The notes below the pieces were generated by a model that did not search any database, had not been told where the DNA came from, and saw nothing but the letters and a program-made list of their open reading frames with translations. Below are positions 9,095-18,413 of a stretch of 64,000 nucleotides of DNA, piece by piece. How positions within the stretch are numbered: position 1 is the stretch's first letter; each line of letters opens with the position of its first letter. The DNA comes from an uncultured Bacteroidales bacterium (GTDB lineage Bacteria; Bacteroidota; Bacteroidia; Bacteroidales; JAGOPY01). Location: assembly GCA_964619555.1 (NCBI GenBank), contig CAZUDV010000004.1:4911-68910 (forward strand), given 5' to 3'. A program made the translations under genes and the position numbers.

Positions 9095-12000
9095 ATGACC
9101 AAACGATTATACCTGTTATCGGTTTTGATCATCGCTGTGTTAGTTACCCGGGGCCAGATTGAGATTACCGGAAGAGTTACGCACTCAGAATCAGGGGAAA
9201 GTCTTGCCGGAGTCAATATCAGCGTGAAAAATTCTTTATCAGGGACTTCCTCTGATTCGGAAGGACGTTTTGTTTTAATGCTTTCCGAAGCAGGTCATAT
9301 ATTGATATTCAGTCATATCGGAATGATCACAAAAGAAATCCCTGTTACAGGGGATACCTTGCTGAATGTTCAGCTTCAGCCTGATCTTTTAATGATGGAA
9401 GGTATTGTGGTCACGGCAATCGGGATAAAACAAAAGCAAAAAGCGCTGGGATATTCCATTCAGGAACTTCAGGGAGCAGAGTTACGGCAGGTCCATAACG
9501 ATAACTTCCTGAACTCCGTTACGGGTAAAATAGCAGGAGTGATGGTCAATAGTTCTTCCGGCTCAGCAGGTGCATCCTCCTTTATAACAATCCGGGGGCC
9601 TTCCTCGATTGATGGTAATAATCAACCGCTGTTCATCCTGGATGGCATTCCCATTTCCAACAGGACCGCATACAATGTCGGCGGTGGCGTGGATATGTCG
9701 AACAGGGCGATGGATATCAATGCTGATGATATCGAATCGGTTACGGTCCTGAAAGGAGGAGCAGCCTCGGCCCTGTATGGCATTAGGGCAGCCAATGGCG
9801 CCATCGTGATCACCACCCGGAAAAGGGATAAAACACAGGATGGCAGGCTTACCACTGTTTTCCGTACAGCCCTGACTTTTGATAAAGTCTCCCGGCTTCC
9901 GCGTCTGCAAAATAGTTATGGTCAGGGAATGTATGGCACCTGGATGTCCGGCGCTCCGACCTCCTGGGGCCCCAGGCTCGATACTTGCAGCTATTCACTG
10001 CAACCGGAAGACTGGCAGTACCCCGAGTTTGATGCAGATGGAGCCGTCGTCAGCAAAAATGATCCGTCAGGAACAGGTGAAACTGTTAAAACTTATGATC
10101 AGCACGATTTTTTTCAAACCGCCATTTCACAGCAATACGCACTTGAACTGTCAGGCGGGAACGAACAGGCGTCATTCCTGACCTCGGCTTCCTGCAATAA
10201 TTCGCAGGGAGTGGTGCCGGGAAACACATGGAAACGGTTCACCTTAAGATTGAATGGTGATGCAGACCTGTCAGAGCATTTCAAGCTTTTTGCCGGAGCT
10301 GCTTATATTCACTCGGGAGGCGACAGGATCCAGAAAGGTGACAATACCTCATCGGTTATGCTGGGCCTTCTGCGCACCCCGCCGACTTTTGACAATGCAG
10401 CCGGATATGAGCTGGAAGACGGTTCTCAGCGCACCTATCGCCATGGCACGGGTTACGACAATCCTTTCTGGACCATCGACAAGAATAAATTCTTCGATGA
10501 GGTGGACCGGATCATCGGTCATGCCGGATTTAACTGGATGTTTACCGATTGGCTGACATTGAATTACCAGCTTGGGATAGACTATTACCGGTGGGACTGG
10601 AAGAATTATTTTGCCAAAGGATCAGCCGATCATCCGGAAGGATACGTCTGGCTAAATAATTACAATGAGAGAAATTTGAACTCCGATTTAATGCTGAAGG
10701 CAGACCACCGCTTCGGGAAAAACTGGCTTGCCGGAATCACCATCGGGCATAATATGTTTGAAACATACAGTACCGAGCTTTCATCGACCGGAAGCGGTCT
10801 GGTGTTGCCTGATTTTTACGACCTCCGGAATGCGGTAGATGTCAATTCCACTGAATATGCGATGCAGGTCAGAAGAGCGGCATTCTTCGGGATCCTGGAG
10901 GTCTCTTTCCGGGATATGATTTTTCTTTCCGTAACCGGACGAAATGAATGGTCCACTACGCTTCCGCCCCCGGACAATTCTTTCTTCTATCCTTCGGTCA
11001 GCCTTTCCTGGGTTTTTACAGAACTGCCATTTTTCAGGGAAAGCCAGGTCCTGCCATTCGGAAAGCTCCGGGTTTCTTTCGCACAGGTCGCCAATGACGC
11101 GGAACCATACCGGACAACTACCGGATACACCACCTATACATTGAATTCGATCTTCTCCGGCACCGGTCTGACATTTCCACTGCTTGGAAAACCCGGATTC
11201 ACAGTGGATAACACCATCGGAAATGACGACCTTAAACCTGAAAGGACCACAACCTGGGAGATCGGAACGGACCTTAGCTGGCTGAATAACCGGATATCAC
11301 TGGACTTTACTTATTTCAGCCGGTACCATGAAGACCTGCTGTTGAATGTGCCTTTGTCGGGCACAACGGGGTATTATTACAGTTATATGAATGCAGGTGA
11401 AATGGAATCCAGTGGGATCGAACTTGTGCTGGGATTGGCGCCGGTAAGGAATTCCACCTGGATATGGAACTCAAATGTCAATTTCACCAGGATCAGGAAC
11501 GAGGTCAAAAAGCTGGCTCCGGGCGTGGATGCCGTAGTGCTTGCCGCCGGACCGGCCTACCTGGCGGCTTACGAGGGCTATCCGTACCAAAGCTATTTTG
11601 CCTATGACTGGCTTAGGGATGAAAATGGGAAACTGATTATTAATGATAATCCACAGAGTTCTGCTTATGGTTTTCCCATGGGCAATTATGATACGGTAAT
11701 TTATATGGGGAATTACCTGCCGGACTGGACTCTGGGCTGGATTAACACGATCCAATGGAAAAAGCTCACTTTTTCATTCTTAATCGATGTAAAAAAAGGT
11801 GGAAACCTTTTAAACGGAACCCGGGGATCGCTTTATTATTTCGGGAATCATGCCGACCAGGAATCGCGCGAACCGGATGATCTTTACATATTTAATGGGG
11901 TCAAACTTTCGGATGGCAGTCCTAACGACATCCCGGTCGTGAAAGATGCAAACTGGTATTTTACCGGTGAAGGCAGTACTTTCACCGGTCCGGGTGGCGA

Positions 12001-12256
12001 TTATATCGATCGGGCCGGTTGGGTGCGCCTGAGGGAAATTTCTGTCAGTTATGAGTTCGGACCATTCAACCTGGGAAATTCCGGAATAAGTTCTTGTATC
12101 CTGTATGTTTCAGGGAGAAACCTGTGGTTGAGCACCCGGTACGATGGAATTGACCCCGAAACCAGTCTTTTTGGTTCGACCAATGCACAGGGAACGGATT
12201 ATTATAATATGCCCGGAACGAAAGGCATAACGGCCGGATTACGAATTTCATTCTAA
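9095..12256 (+). CDS. SusC/RagA family TonB-linked outer membrane protein
   Basis: 1053 aa with an N-terminal carboxypeptidase-regulatory-like domain (ITGRVTHSESGESLAGVNISVKNS), a plug (IESVTVLKGGAASALYGIRAANGAIVITT) and a C-terminal aromatic residue (GLRISF). A SusD gene follows immediately. Confidence 0.95.
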   Translation: MTKRLYLLSVLIIAVLVTRGQIEITGRVTHSESGESLAGVNISVKNSLSGTSSDSEGRFVLMLSEAGHILIFSHIGMITKEIPVTGDTLLNVQLQPDLLMMEGIVVTAIGIKQKQKALGYSIQELQGAELRQVHNDNFLNSVTGKIAGVMVNSSSGSAGASSFITIRGPSSIDGNNQPLFILDGIPISNRTAYNVGGGVDMSNRAMDINADDIESVTVLKGGAASALYGIRAANGAIVITTRKRDKTQDGRLTTVFRTALTFDKVSRLPRLQNSYGQGMYGTWMSGAPTSWGPRLDTCSYSLQPEDWQYPEFDADGAVVSKNDPSGTGETVKTYDQHDFFQTAISQQYALELSGGNEQASFLTSASCNNSQGVVPGNTWKRFTLRLNGDADLSEHFKLFAGAAYIHSGGDRIQKGDNTSSVMLGLLRTPPTFDNAAGYELEDGSQRTYRHGTGYDNPFWTIDKNKFFDEVDRIIGHAGFNWMFTDWLTLNYQLGIDYYRWDWKNYFAKGSADHPEGYVWLNNYNERNLNSDLMLKADHRFGKNWLAGITIGHNMFETYSTELSSTGSGLVLPDFYDLRNAVDVNSTEYAMQVRRAAFFGILEVSFRDMIFLSVTGRNEWSTTLPPPDNSFFYPSVSLSWVFTELPFFRESQVLPFGKLRVSFAQVANDAEPYRTTTGYTTYTLNSIFSGTGLTFPLLGKPGFTVDNTIGNDDLKPERTTTWEIGTDLSWLNNRISLDFTYFSRYHEDLLLNVPLSGTTGYYYSYMNAGEMESSGIELVLGLAPVRNSTWIWNSNVNFTRIRNEVKKLAPGVDAVVLAAGPAYLAAYEGYPYQSYFAYDWLRDENGKLIINDNPQSSAYGFPMGNYDTVIYMGNYLPDWTLGWINTIQWKKLTFSFLIDVKKGGNLLNGTRGSLYYFGNHADQESREPDDLYIFNGVKLSDGSPNDIPVVKDANWYFTGEGSTFTGPGGDYIDRAGWVRLREISVSYEFGPFNLGNSGISSCILYVSGRNLWLSTRYDGIDPETSLFGSTNAQGTDYYNMPGTKGITAGLRISF

Positions 12257-12257
12257 A

Positions 12258-13703
12258 ATGATGGCAGATCAAAGGAAATATGGAATAATGGAAAAAAAGG
12301 ATCCGGATCACCGGATAACATCTTTCATCCCAGGCGGGCTGCTGATCATTGCTTTGATGATAGGCCTGGTATCCTGCAGCAAATGGATCGATGAGGAAAT
12401 CAATGTCGATCCGAATCAGCCCGGTGACGTGACCATGGATGCTTTATTGTCGTTCATCGAGGCCGATGTGGCTTTTAAAATGGCCGGCAGCGCCGAGCTG
12501 ATAGGTACCCAGGCTATCTGGTTGCAACAGCTCGATGGAATAGACAGGCAGGCGCTGGCGACCTCCAATTATTCCTTTGATCCTTACTTATTTATCTGGA
12601 TCTGGGGGGATGCCTATGCCGAGATCCTGATGGATGCTAAAACACTGACCGCTAAGGCCAGGGCAGCAGGATCTCCCCATTTTGAGGGCATTTCCAATAT
12701 ACTTGCTGCCATTACGCTCGGACAGCTGACCGATTCATGGGGTGATATCCCTTGGTCAGAAGCCCTGCAGGGAAATGAGATGACTCAGCCTGCCTATGAC
12801 AGTCAGGAATCAGTCTATGAATCGATACATCAATTGCTGGATGACGCTATCGATTCATTATCCGCTTCACCGGATAATAATATCATTAACGGAGATTATT
12901 TTTATAATGGTGATTGGACGAAATGGCTCCGGGCAGCCCATGCCCTGAAAGCCAGATACTACCTGCACCTCACAAAAAGATGGGGGAATCAGGCTTATGA
13001 GAAAGCGCTGGAAGAAATTCCCCTGGCATTTTCAGGCAATGATGATGACCTGCAGTTTAATTACGGTACCGGGGAAACAGAGTCCAATCCATTTTATCAA
13101 TTTATGCAGGAGAAGGATAATGTGCGGATGGGAGCTTATTTGATCGATTTATTGAAGATGAATGATGATCCGCGACTTGTCATGTATGCACTGCCGGATG
13201 CTTCAGGTAATTACTCCGGATCGGCCCCCGGACAAACCGATGTGAATGCTTCCCGGCCCGGACTTGCTTTTACCGCCCCGGATGCTCCCACATATATCAT
13301 TACTTATGCAGAGATGCTGTTTACAAAGGCAGAAGCACTGTTAAAAACCGGAACGGCTGATGCTGAAGTAAGGTCCGTTTTGCTGGAAGCGGTGACCGGA
13401 TCCCTGAAAAAGTTCGAAGTGACCGACCAGGATTGGCTTGCAGCGTATGGACAAAAGCTCGGCCAACTGGAAGGCGAGGAACTTTTTGCAGAGATCATGG
13501 TACAGAAGTACATCGCTTCCTTTTATCAACCCGAGGCGTACCATAGCTGGCGCAGAACCGGCTATCCCGTCATTCCGCCCAATCCTTCCGGACAGATCTC
13601 CGTAATCCCCCGGCGTTTTCTCTATCCCATTTCGGAACAGGTTTACAATTATAATACCCCGAAGGGGAAAAACCTGACCGACCCGGTTTGGTGGGATGAA
13701 TAA
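12258..13703 (+). CDS. SusD/RagB family nutrient-binding outer membrane lipoprotein
   Basis: Starts 1 nt after the susC stop. Has a lipoprotein Cys (LMIGLVSCSKW), TPR-like helices and the typical WRRTGYP motif near the C-terminus. Confidence 0.9.
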   Translation: MMADQRKYGIMEKKDPDHRITSFIPGGLLIIALMIGLVSCSKWIDEEINVDPNQPGDVTMDALLSFIEADVAFKMAGSAELIGTQAIWLQQLDGIDRQALATSNYSFDPYLFIWIWGDAYAEILMDAKTLTAKARAAGSPHFEGISNILAAITLGQLTDSWGDIPWSEALQGNEMTQPAYDSQESVYESIHQLLDDAIDSLSASPDNNIINGDYFYNGDWTKWLRAAHALKARYYLHLTKRWGNQAYEKALEEIPLAFSGNDDDLQFNYGTGETESNPFYQFMQEKDNVRMGAYLIDLLKMNDDPRLVMYALPDASGNYSGSAPGQTDVNASRPGLAFTAPDAPTYIITYAEMLFTKAEALLKTGTADAEVRSVLLEAVTGSLKKFEVTDQDWLAAYGQKLGQLEGEELFAEIMVQKYIASFYQPEAYHSWRRTGYPVIPPNPSGQISVIPRRFLYPISEQVYNYNTPKGKNLTDPVWWDE

Positions 13704-13832
13704 ACCGATCCAGACTTATGAATCGAATGCGGCGCTTTTTCTTTTTGTTAAAAATCCCTTAAAATCCATTACCTCTATAACATATTGCGGATTAATAAGT
13801 TATTCCATTAAATCAATTTAATCCTGTCATCC

Positions 13833-15269
13833 ATGGAAAAATACATCGACATTCACTGCCATCCGGCATTGAAACCCTACAGCAGGAGTTTCAGCAAAGG
13901 AAAAATAAACAGTAAAAACCGCAACCACAGAAATTCGGTTTGGCGTTATGATCCTCCGACAGCGTCTGATAAACTGCTGAATTTTGCTGGCACTCTCACC
14001 AAGTTTTCACAATCCAATTTCACTTCCCTGGCCAGGGGTAACTTTGGAGCTGTCTGCATTTCCCTATATCCCATGGAGAAAGGGTTCCTGGTCCCTGATT
14101 TCGGGACTGGCCTGGTAGCGGATATCCTCGCCAACTTTGTGCTGGAGATCGGTAAAGACCGGGTTAACTTCATCCAGAAGCGTAAGGATTATTTCTCCGA
14201 TATGGAAGGCGAATATGATTTCTACAGGCAGCTTCACGGAGTGAAATTCAAGCTTAACAGAGAGGACCATTACCAGTACCGACTGGTCAGGTCATTCTCG
14301 GATATCCAGGAGAATGAGCTCAGCAAGGAAAATATCATCTCTGTCGTTGTGACAATAGAAGGCGGGCATGCCTTTGATACCGGCCTTGGGAAGGACAATG
14401 CACCGGAATCCAGGGTCCTCGCAAATGTCAAAAAGGTGAAGAACTGGGAATTCAGGCCCTTCTTCATCACCTTTGCCCACCATTTCTATAACGATCTGGC
14501 AGGGCATTGCGCCAGCCTGGCCCCGATCCTGACGAAATTGCTGGATCAGAGCAGGGGTATCGGGGAAGGTTTTACAGACCTGGGCTGGAAAGTGCTCGAT
14601 TTACTTCTTGATAATACAGACGGGAAACGTATCTATATAGACATCAAACATTTAAGCCCGCTTGCCCGGAAGCAGTATTTCAATCACCTGGATACGAAAC
14701 ACTCCGGGGAAAATATCCCGGTCATCATCAGCCATGGAGCGGTGAACGGCCTGAGGTCCGTGGAGGATCCTGTGGTCAGGATCCCATCCAGCCAGGGAAT
14801 GTTCAATAGCTCCGATATAAACTTTTACGATGTGGAGATGGTGGAAATGGCAAAACGCGATGGTTTGATCGGTATCCAGATGGATGAACGCCGTCTCGGT
14901 GACCAGGCCCTGCTAAAACAGATCAACGGAAAAATAGCCCGCAGGAAAATACTTTTCCATCGTTCCAGGCTATTTTGGAACCAGGTCAGGCACATCGCAG
15001 AAGTCCTAGATGAAGCGGGTTATTTCGGATGGGGGATCCAGTCGCTCGGTACCGATTTCGATGGAGTCGTGGATCCGCTCAATGGATTCTGGACATCGGA
15101 AGAACTGGTTTTCCTGGATGATTATCTCCTTAAACATGCCTACAACTACATGCAATCCGAAGGGAAAAACCTGAAAATTGCCGGTAATCGCAATATCGAT
15201 CCCGAAGAGATCGTTGCACGGGTGATGACGGATAATGCCTATGGATTCCTGAAAAAGTACCTGGGGTAG
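13833..15269 (+). CDS. metal-dependent hydrolase, membrane dipeptidase (peptidase M19)-like
   Basis: Metal-ligand-like motifs DIHCHP, TIEGGHAFD, ITFAHHFYND, ISHGAVNG and GTDFDG are spaced as in the M19/amidohydrolase fold. The family assignment is by eye only. Confidence 0.5.
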   Translation: MEKYIDIHCHPALKPYSRSFSKGKINSKNRNHRNSVWRYDPPTASDKLLNFAGTLTKFSQSNFTSLARGNFGAVCISLYPMEKGFLVPDFGTGLVADILANFVLEIGKDRVNFIQKRKDYFSDMEGEYDFYRQLHGVKFKLNREDHYQYRLVRSFSDIQENELSKENIISVVVTIEGGHAFDTGLGKDNAPESRVLANVKKVKNWEFRPFFITFAHHFYNDLAGHCASLAPILTKLLDQSRGIGEGFTDLGWKVLDLLLDNTDGKRIYIDIKHLSPLARKQYFNHLDTKHSGENIPVIISHGAVNGLRSVEDPVVRIPSSQGMFNSSDINFYDVEMVEMAKRDGLIGIQMDERRLGDQALLKQINGKIARRKILFHRSRLFWNQVRHIAEVLDEAGYFGWGIQSLGTDFDGVVDPLNGFWTSEELVFLDDYLLKHAYNYMQSEGKNLKIAGNRNIDPEEIVARVMTDNAYGFLKKYLG

Positions 15270-15275
15270 AAAGTT

Positions 15276-15322
15276 GTAATACATGGTAATACGTTGTAAT
15301 ACATGGTAATACGGTCGTAATT
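15276..15322. repeat. tandem 10-nt word array (GTAATACNNN x5) just downstream of the 13833-15269 stop
   Basis: gtaatacatg gtaatacgtt gtaatacatg gtaatacggtc gtaatt. Confidence 0.8.
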
Positions 15323-15434
15323 CCAACCCCCCATAAAACAACTGCATAATAACCGACATACCTCTCCGAATCAATTTTCTTCATAACTTTATAGCCTGAT
15401 TGCAAGGTTTATTCGATGTTTAAAATTGCCGGAA

Positions 15435-16250
15435 ATGGATAAAAGAGTATTGATAGGAGTGATCAGTGAAAAACTTGAGATCATCCAGGAACAATTCTCC
15501 ATAATTAAAGATTATGATGGAAAGATTCCCGTGATTGAAATAGATCTCCTGATGTCTAACATCCGTGACCTGTATGAACTTTTCGTTACCCTTCAGCAGG
15601 AGACCTCAGGCCTGCCATCGACGAAGCCCGAAACGGCCTCAGGGAAATCCTCTGCCGTCATGGCCCCGTCGATCCTTGGCTTTGAACCAATGATCGAGCC
15701 GGAAGAACCGTCGGTCATAAGTTCAGAACCAACCTGGCATCCGGAACCCGAACCCGAACCCAGAAACCAGGAACCAGAAACCAGTAGCCCGGAACCCGAA
15801 CCAGAAATCCGAAACCAGGAACCAGAAACAAGTAACCCGGAACAAGAAACAAAAAACAAGAAACAAGAAACCACAATCCCGGATCCTCATCACATCCAGC
15901 CGGAAACCAGACCGCAGCGGACAACTTTTGACCTGTTTTCGGAAGGCAGCCCGGGCACCCTGGCAGACCGGTTTAAGGAAAATCCGGAAAAACGGGTGGC
16001 AGATAAATTATCAGAGAATAAAATAGTCGACCTGCGCTCCACGATTGGTATCAATGACAAATTTCTGTTCATCAACGAGCTTTTTGACGGCAATATGCGG
16101 ATCTATGATGAAGCCGTCGGAAAGCTGAACGATTGCCTGACACTGGCACAAGCCGATCTGCTGTTACTGGACCTGAAAATTGTGTACAACTGGGACGGTG
16201 AATCACCTACCGTAAAGAAATTCGTGGAACTGGTCCGCAGGAAATTCTGA
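15435..16250 (+). CDS. hypothetical protein with a central Pro/Glu-rich low-complexity repeat
   Basis: ATG at 15435 (the track start 15426 is TTG). The central segment reads HPEPEPEPRNQEPETSSPEPEPEIRNQEPETSNPEQETKNKKQETT. The C-terminal ~100 aa look like normal globular sequence. Confidence 0.6.
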   Translation: MDKRVLIGVISEKLEIIQEQFSIIKDYDGKIPVIEIDLLMSNIRDLYELFVTLQQETSGLPSTKPETASGKSSAVMAPSILGFEPMIEPEEPSVISSEPTWHPEPEPEPRNQEPETSSPEPEPEIRNQEPETSNPEQETKNKKQETTIPDPHHIQPETRPQRTTFDLFSEGSPGTLADRFKENPEKRVADKLSENKIVDLRSTIGINDKFLFINELFDGNMRIYDEAVGKLNDCLTLAQADLLLLDLKIVYNWDGESPTVKKFVELVRRKF

Positions 16251-16255
16251 TCGGG

Positions 16256-16927
16256 ATGGCAAAGCTTTACCTGGTTCCAACCCCTATCGGAAATTTCAGT
16301 GATATAACCCTGAGGGCCCTGGAGGTGCTCAAACTGGTCGATGTAATCCTTGCTGAAGATACCCGGAAAACAGGCATCCTGCTGAAACATTTCGATATCA
16401 GCAAAAAACTCACTGCCCACCATCAATTCAATGAGCATAAAACCGTCAAGGGAATTGCGGAAAGAATTGAAAATGGTGAAAATATTGCCCTGGTCACCGA
16501 TGCCGGCACACCCGGAATCTCTGACCCCGGCTTCCTGTTGATCCGTGAATGCATACGCACCGGTGTCGAGGTGGAATGCCTGCCGGGCGCAACTGCCTTC
16601 GTCCCGGCGCTTGTCAACTCCGGCCTTCCCTGCGACCGCTTCCTTTTCGAAGGCTTTCTCCCGGTGAAAAAAGGGCGAAAGACCAGGCTGGAAGCACTGG
16701 CCGAAATGGATTGCACCATTGTCCTCTACGAATCCACACACCGTATCTTAAAAACCCTCGAAGAATTGTCATTGTACTTTGGAAGTGACCGCCCTGCAAG
16801 CGTTTCAAGAGAACTGACCAAGATTTATGAAGAGACGGTCAGGGGCCCGCTTTCTTATCTGTCATCCTATTACCAGGAACATCCCGTTAAAGGAGAATTT
16901 GTCATCATCGTCGGAGGAAGGGAATAA
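16256..16927 (+). CDS. rsmI: 16S rRNA (cytidine1402-2'-O)-methyltransferase
   Basis: LYLVPTPIGNFSDITLRALEVLKLVDVILAEDTRKTGILL at the N-terminus, then GTPGISDPG and the YESTHR(I) motif. Confidence 0.9.
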   Translation: MAKLYLVPTPIGNFSDITLRALEVLKLVDVILAEDTRKTGILLKHFDISKKLTAHHQFNEHKTVKGIAERIENGENIALVTDAGTPGISDPGFLLIRECIRTGVEVECLPGATAFVPALVNSGLPCDRFLFEGFLPVKKGRKTRLEALAEMDCTIVLYESTHRILKTLEELSLYFGSDRPASVSRELTKIYEETVRGPLSYLSSYYQEHPVKGEFVIIVGGRE

Positions 16928-17097
16928 GTAACTGGAAAATTGTCCGGCAACGTACAATTATGTACGCTTTACGGACAACCACTCCTTTTATTTTCATCCT
17001 CATCTCAACTTTAAATAACTAATATACAATGCGTTAACAACTTTGGCACGCTTTGTGAACATTTATTCATTGTTTCCAATTTTAATATTTGCCAGTT

Positions 17098-17793
17098 ATG
17101 AAAACGCTCTTAATATACACCCTAATCATCCTGGTTTTTGGCAGCGCCAATGCAAAACCGATCCGCGACGTTATCTCCATCAGGGAACCAATGCTTGACA
17201 CAGAATCTTATATCGACGACATACCTTTCGATACGGAACTGGTTGTCGGGGTATCGCTGATGATGAACGGGGGCTGGGAGACCTGTGAAGAGGCCAATGT
17301 AGCCGATATCCCGTTCGATACCCGGAGCATTGCCAACGAAGTACTGTTTGATAATCTGGTGGCTGAATCCCGTTCGGAACCAGAAGCAAAGGATATCCCT
17401 TTCGACACTCAGACGATATTTGAAGAATGGTTGATGGTTCAGATGGTTGAGGAATACAAGTCCGAACAGATAGCCTCTGACATACAGTTTGATACACAGG
17501 TTATCGCCAGCAATACCATGCTTGCTTCGGCCGTTGAAAATTACAGGGAAGAGGCCGAGGTGAACGATATACCTTATATGACCATCTGTATCATCTCAGC
17601 CAGCTACAATAATGAACCCGCTTATGTAGTCGTGAAAAAGAAAGCTGACAGGAAATCCAACCGGCGTCATGGCAAACAGGGCGAATATTATTATTCGATC
17701 ATACAGCCTCCAAAAATTGAAGTTTCTGCGCCCATCCTGGAACACAACACTCTGACTCGTGAGTTGCTTGTGATGCCGGGATCCTCTCTATAA
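17098..17793 (+). CDS. secreted repeat protein (five DIPFDT-type repeats)
   Basis: Signal peptide MKTLLIYTLIILVFGSANA (ATG at 17098; the track start is TTG). Repeats: DDIPFDTELV, ADIPFDTRSI, KDIPFDTQTI, SDIQFDTQVI and NDIPYMT. Basic tail KKKADRKSNRRHGK. Confidence 0.55.
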   Translation: MKTLLIYTLIILVFGSANAKPIRDVISIREPMLDTESYIDDIPFDTELVVGVSLMMNGGWETCEEANVADIPFDTRSIANEVLFDNLVAESRSEPEAKDIPFDTQTIFEEWLMVQMVEEYKSEQIASDIQFDTQVIASNTMLASAVENYREEAEVNDIPYMTICIISASYNNEPAYVVVKKKADRKSNRRHGKQGEYYYSIIQPPKIEVSAPILEHNTLTRELLVMPGSSL

Positions 17794-17834
17794 CTCTCCT
17801 TTTTTAGCCCTTCTCTAGACATTCTGGTTAAGTG

Positions 17835-17863
17835 AAAAGTCCTGCCATCGCAGGACTTTTTTT
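17835..17863 (+). terminator. rho-independent terminator (possibly bidirectional)
   Basis: aaaagtcctgc catc gcaggacttttttt: an 8-bp GC-containing stem, 4-nt loop and T7 tract, flanked 5' by an A-run. Confidence 0.7.
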
Positions 17864-17918
17864 AATTTTGAAGATTAAAACATGGGATCCTGCACCAAGC
17901 ATTCATCCGATCAAATAA

Positions 17919-17960
17919 AACATTAAACATTCAACACTAAACACTAAACACTAAACACTA
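17919..17960. repeat. tandem 7-nt word array (ACACTAA) ending 6 nt before the NUDIX start codon
   Basis: aacattaaacattcaacactaaacactaaacactaaacacta. Confidence 0.8.
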
Positions 17961-17966
17961 TTTAGT

Positions 17967-18413
17967 ATGTCCTATACCTACGAATACCCCCGTCCCAGTG
18001 TATCAGCCGATATGGCCGTCTTCCGGGAAAATGGGAATTCCCTGGAAGTTCTTCTGGTCAGGCGCAGGCACGATCCATACAAAGGCATGTGGTCGTTGCC
18101 GGGTGGTTTCATGGAAATGAATGAAACGCTGGAGCAAACGGCTGTCAGGGAGCTTAAAGAAGAAACAGGATTAAAAGGGGTAGTATTAAAGCAATACAGG
18201 GCCTTCAGCGCACTGAACAGGGATCCCCGCACCCGGGTGATAACGGTTTTGTTTTACGGATTTATTGAAATGGAAAGATCTGCCGTGGAGGGTAGTGATG
18301 ATGCCGAGCAGGCGGATTGGTTCCCGGTGAATAGCCTCCCTCCTCTGGGATTCGATCACAGGGAGATGATGGATTTATTGCTTCCAGAGATCGGGATTCT
18401 CAAACGACCATAA
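17967..18413 (+). CDS. NUDIX hydrolase
   Basis: Nudix box GGFMEMNETLEQTAVRELKEETGL (GX5EX7REUXEEXGU pattern). Confidence 0.85.
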   Translation: MSYTYEYPRPSVSADMAVFRENGNSLEVLLVRRRHDPYKGMWSLPGGFMEMNETLEQTAVRELKEETGLKGVVLKQYRAFSALNRDPRTRVITVLFYGFIEMERSAVEGSDDAEQADWFPVNSLPPLGFDHREMMDLLLPEIGILKRP

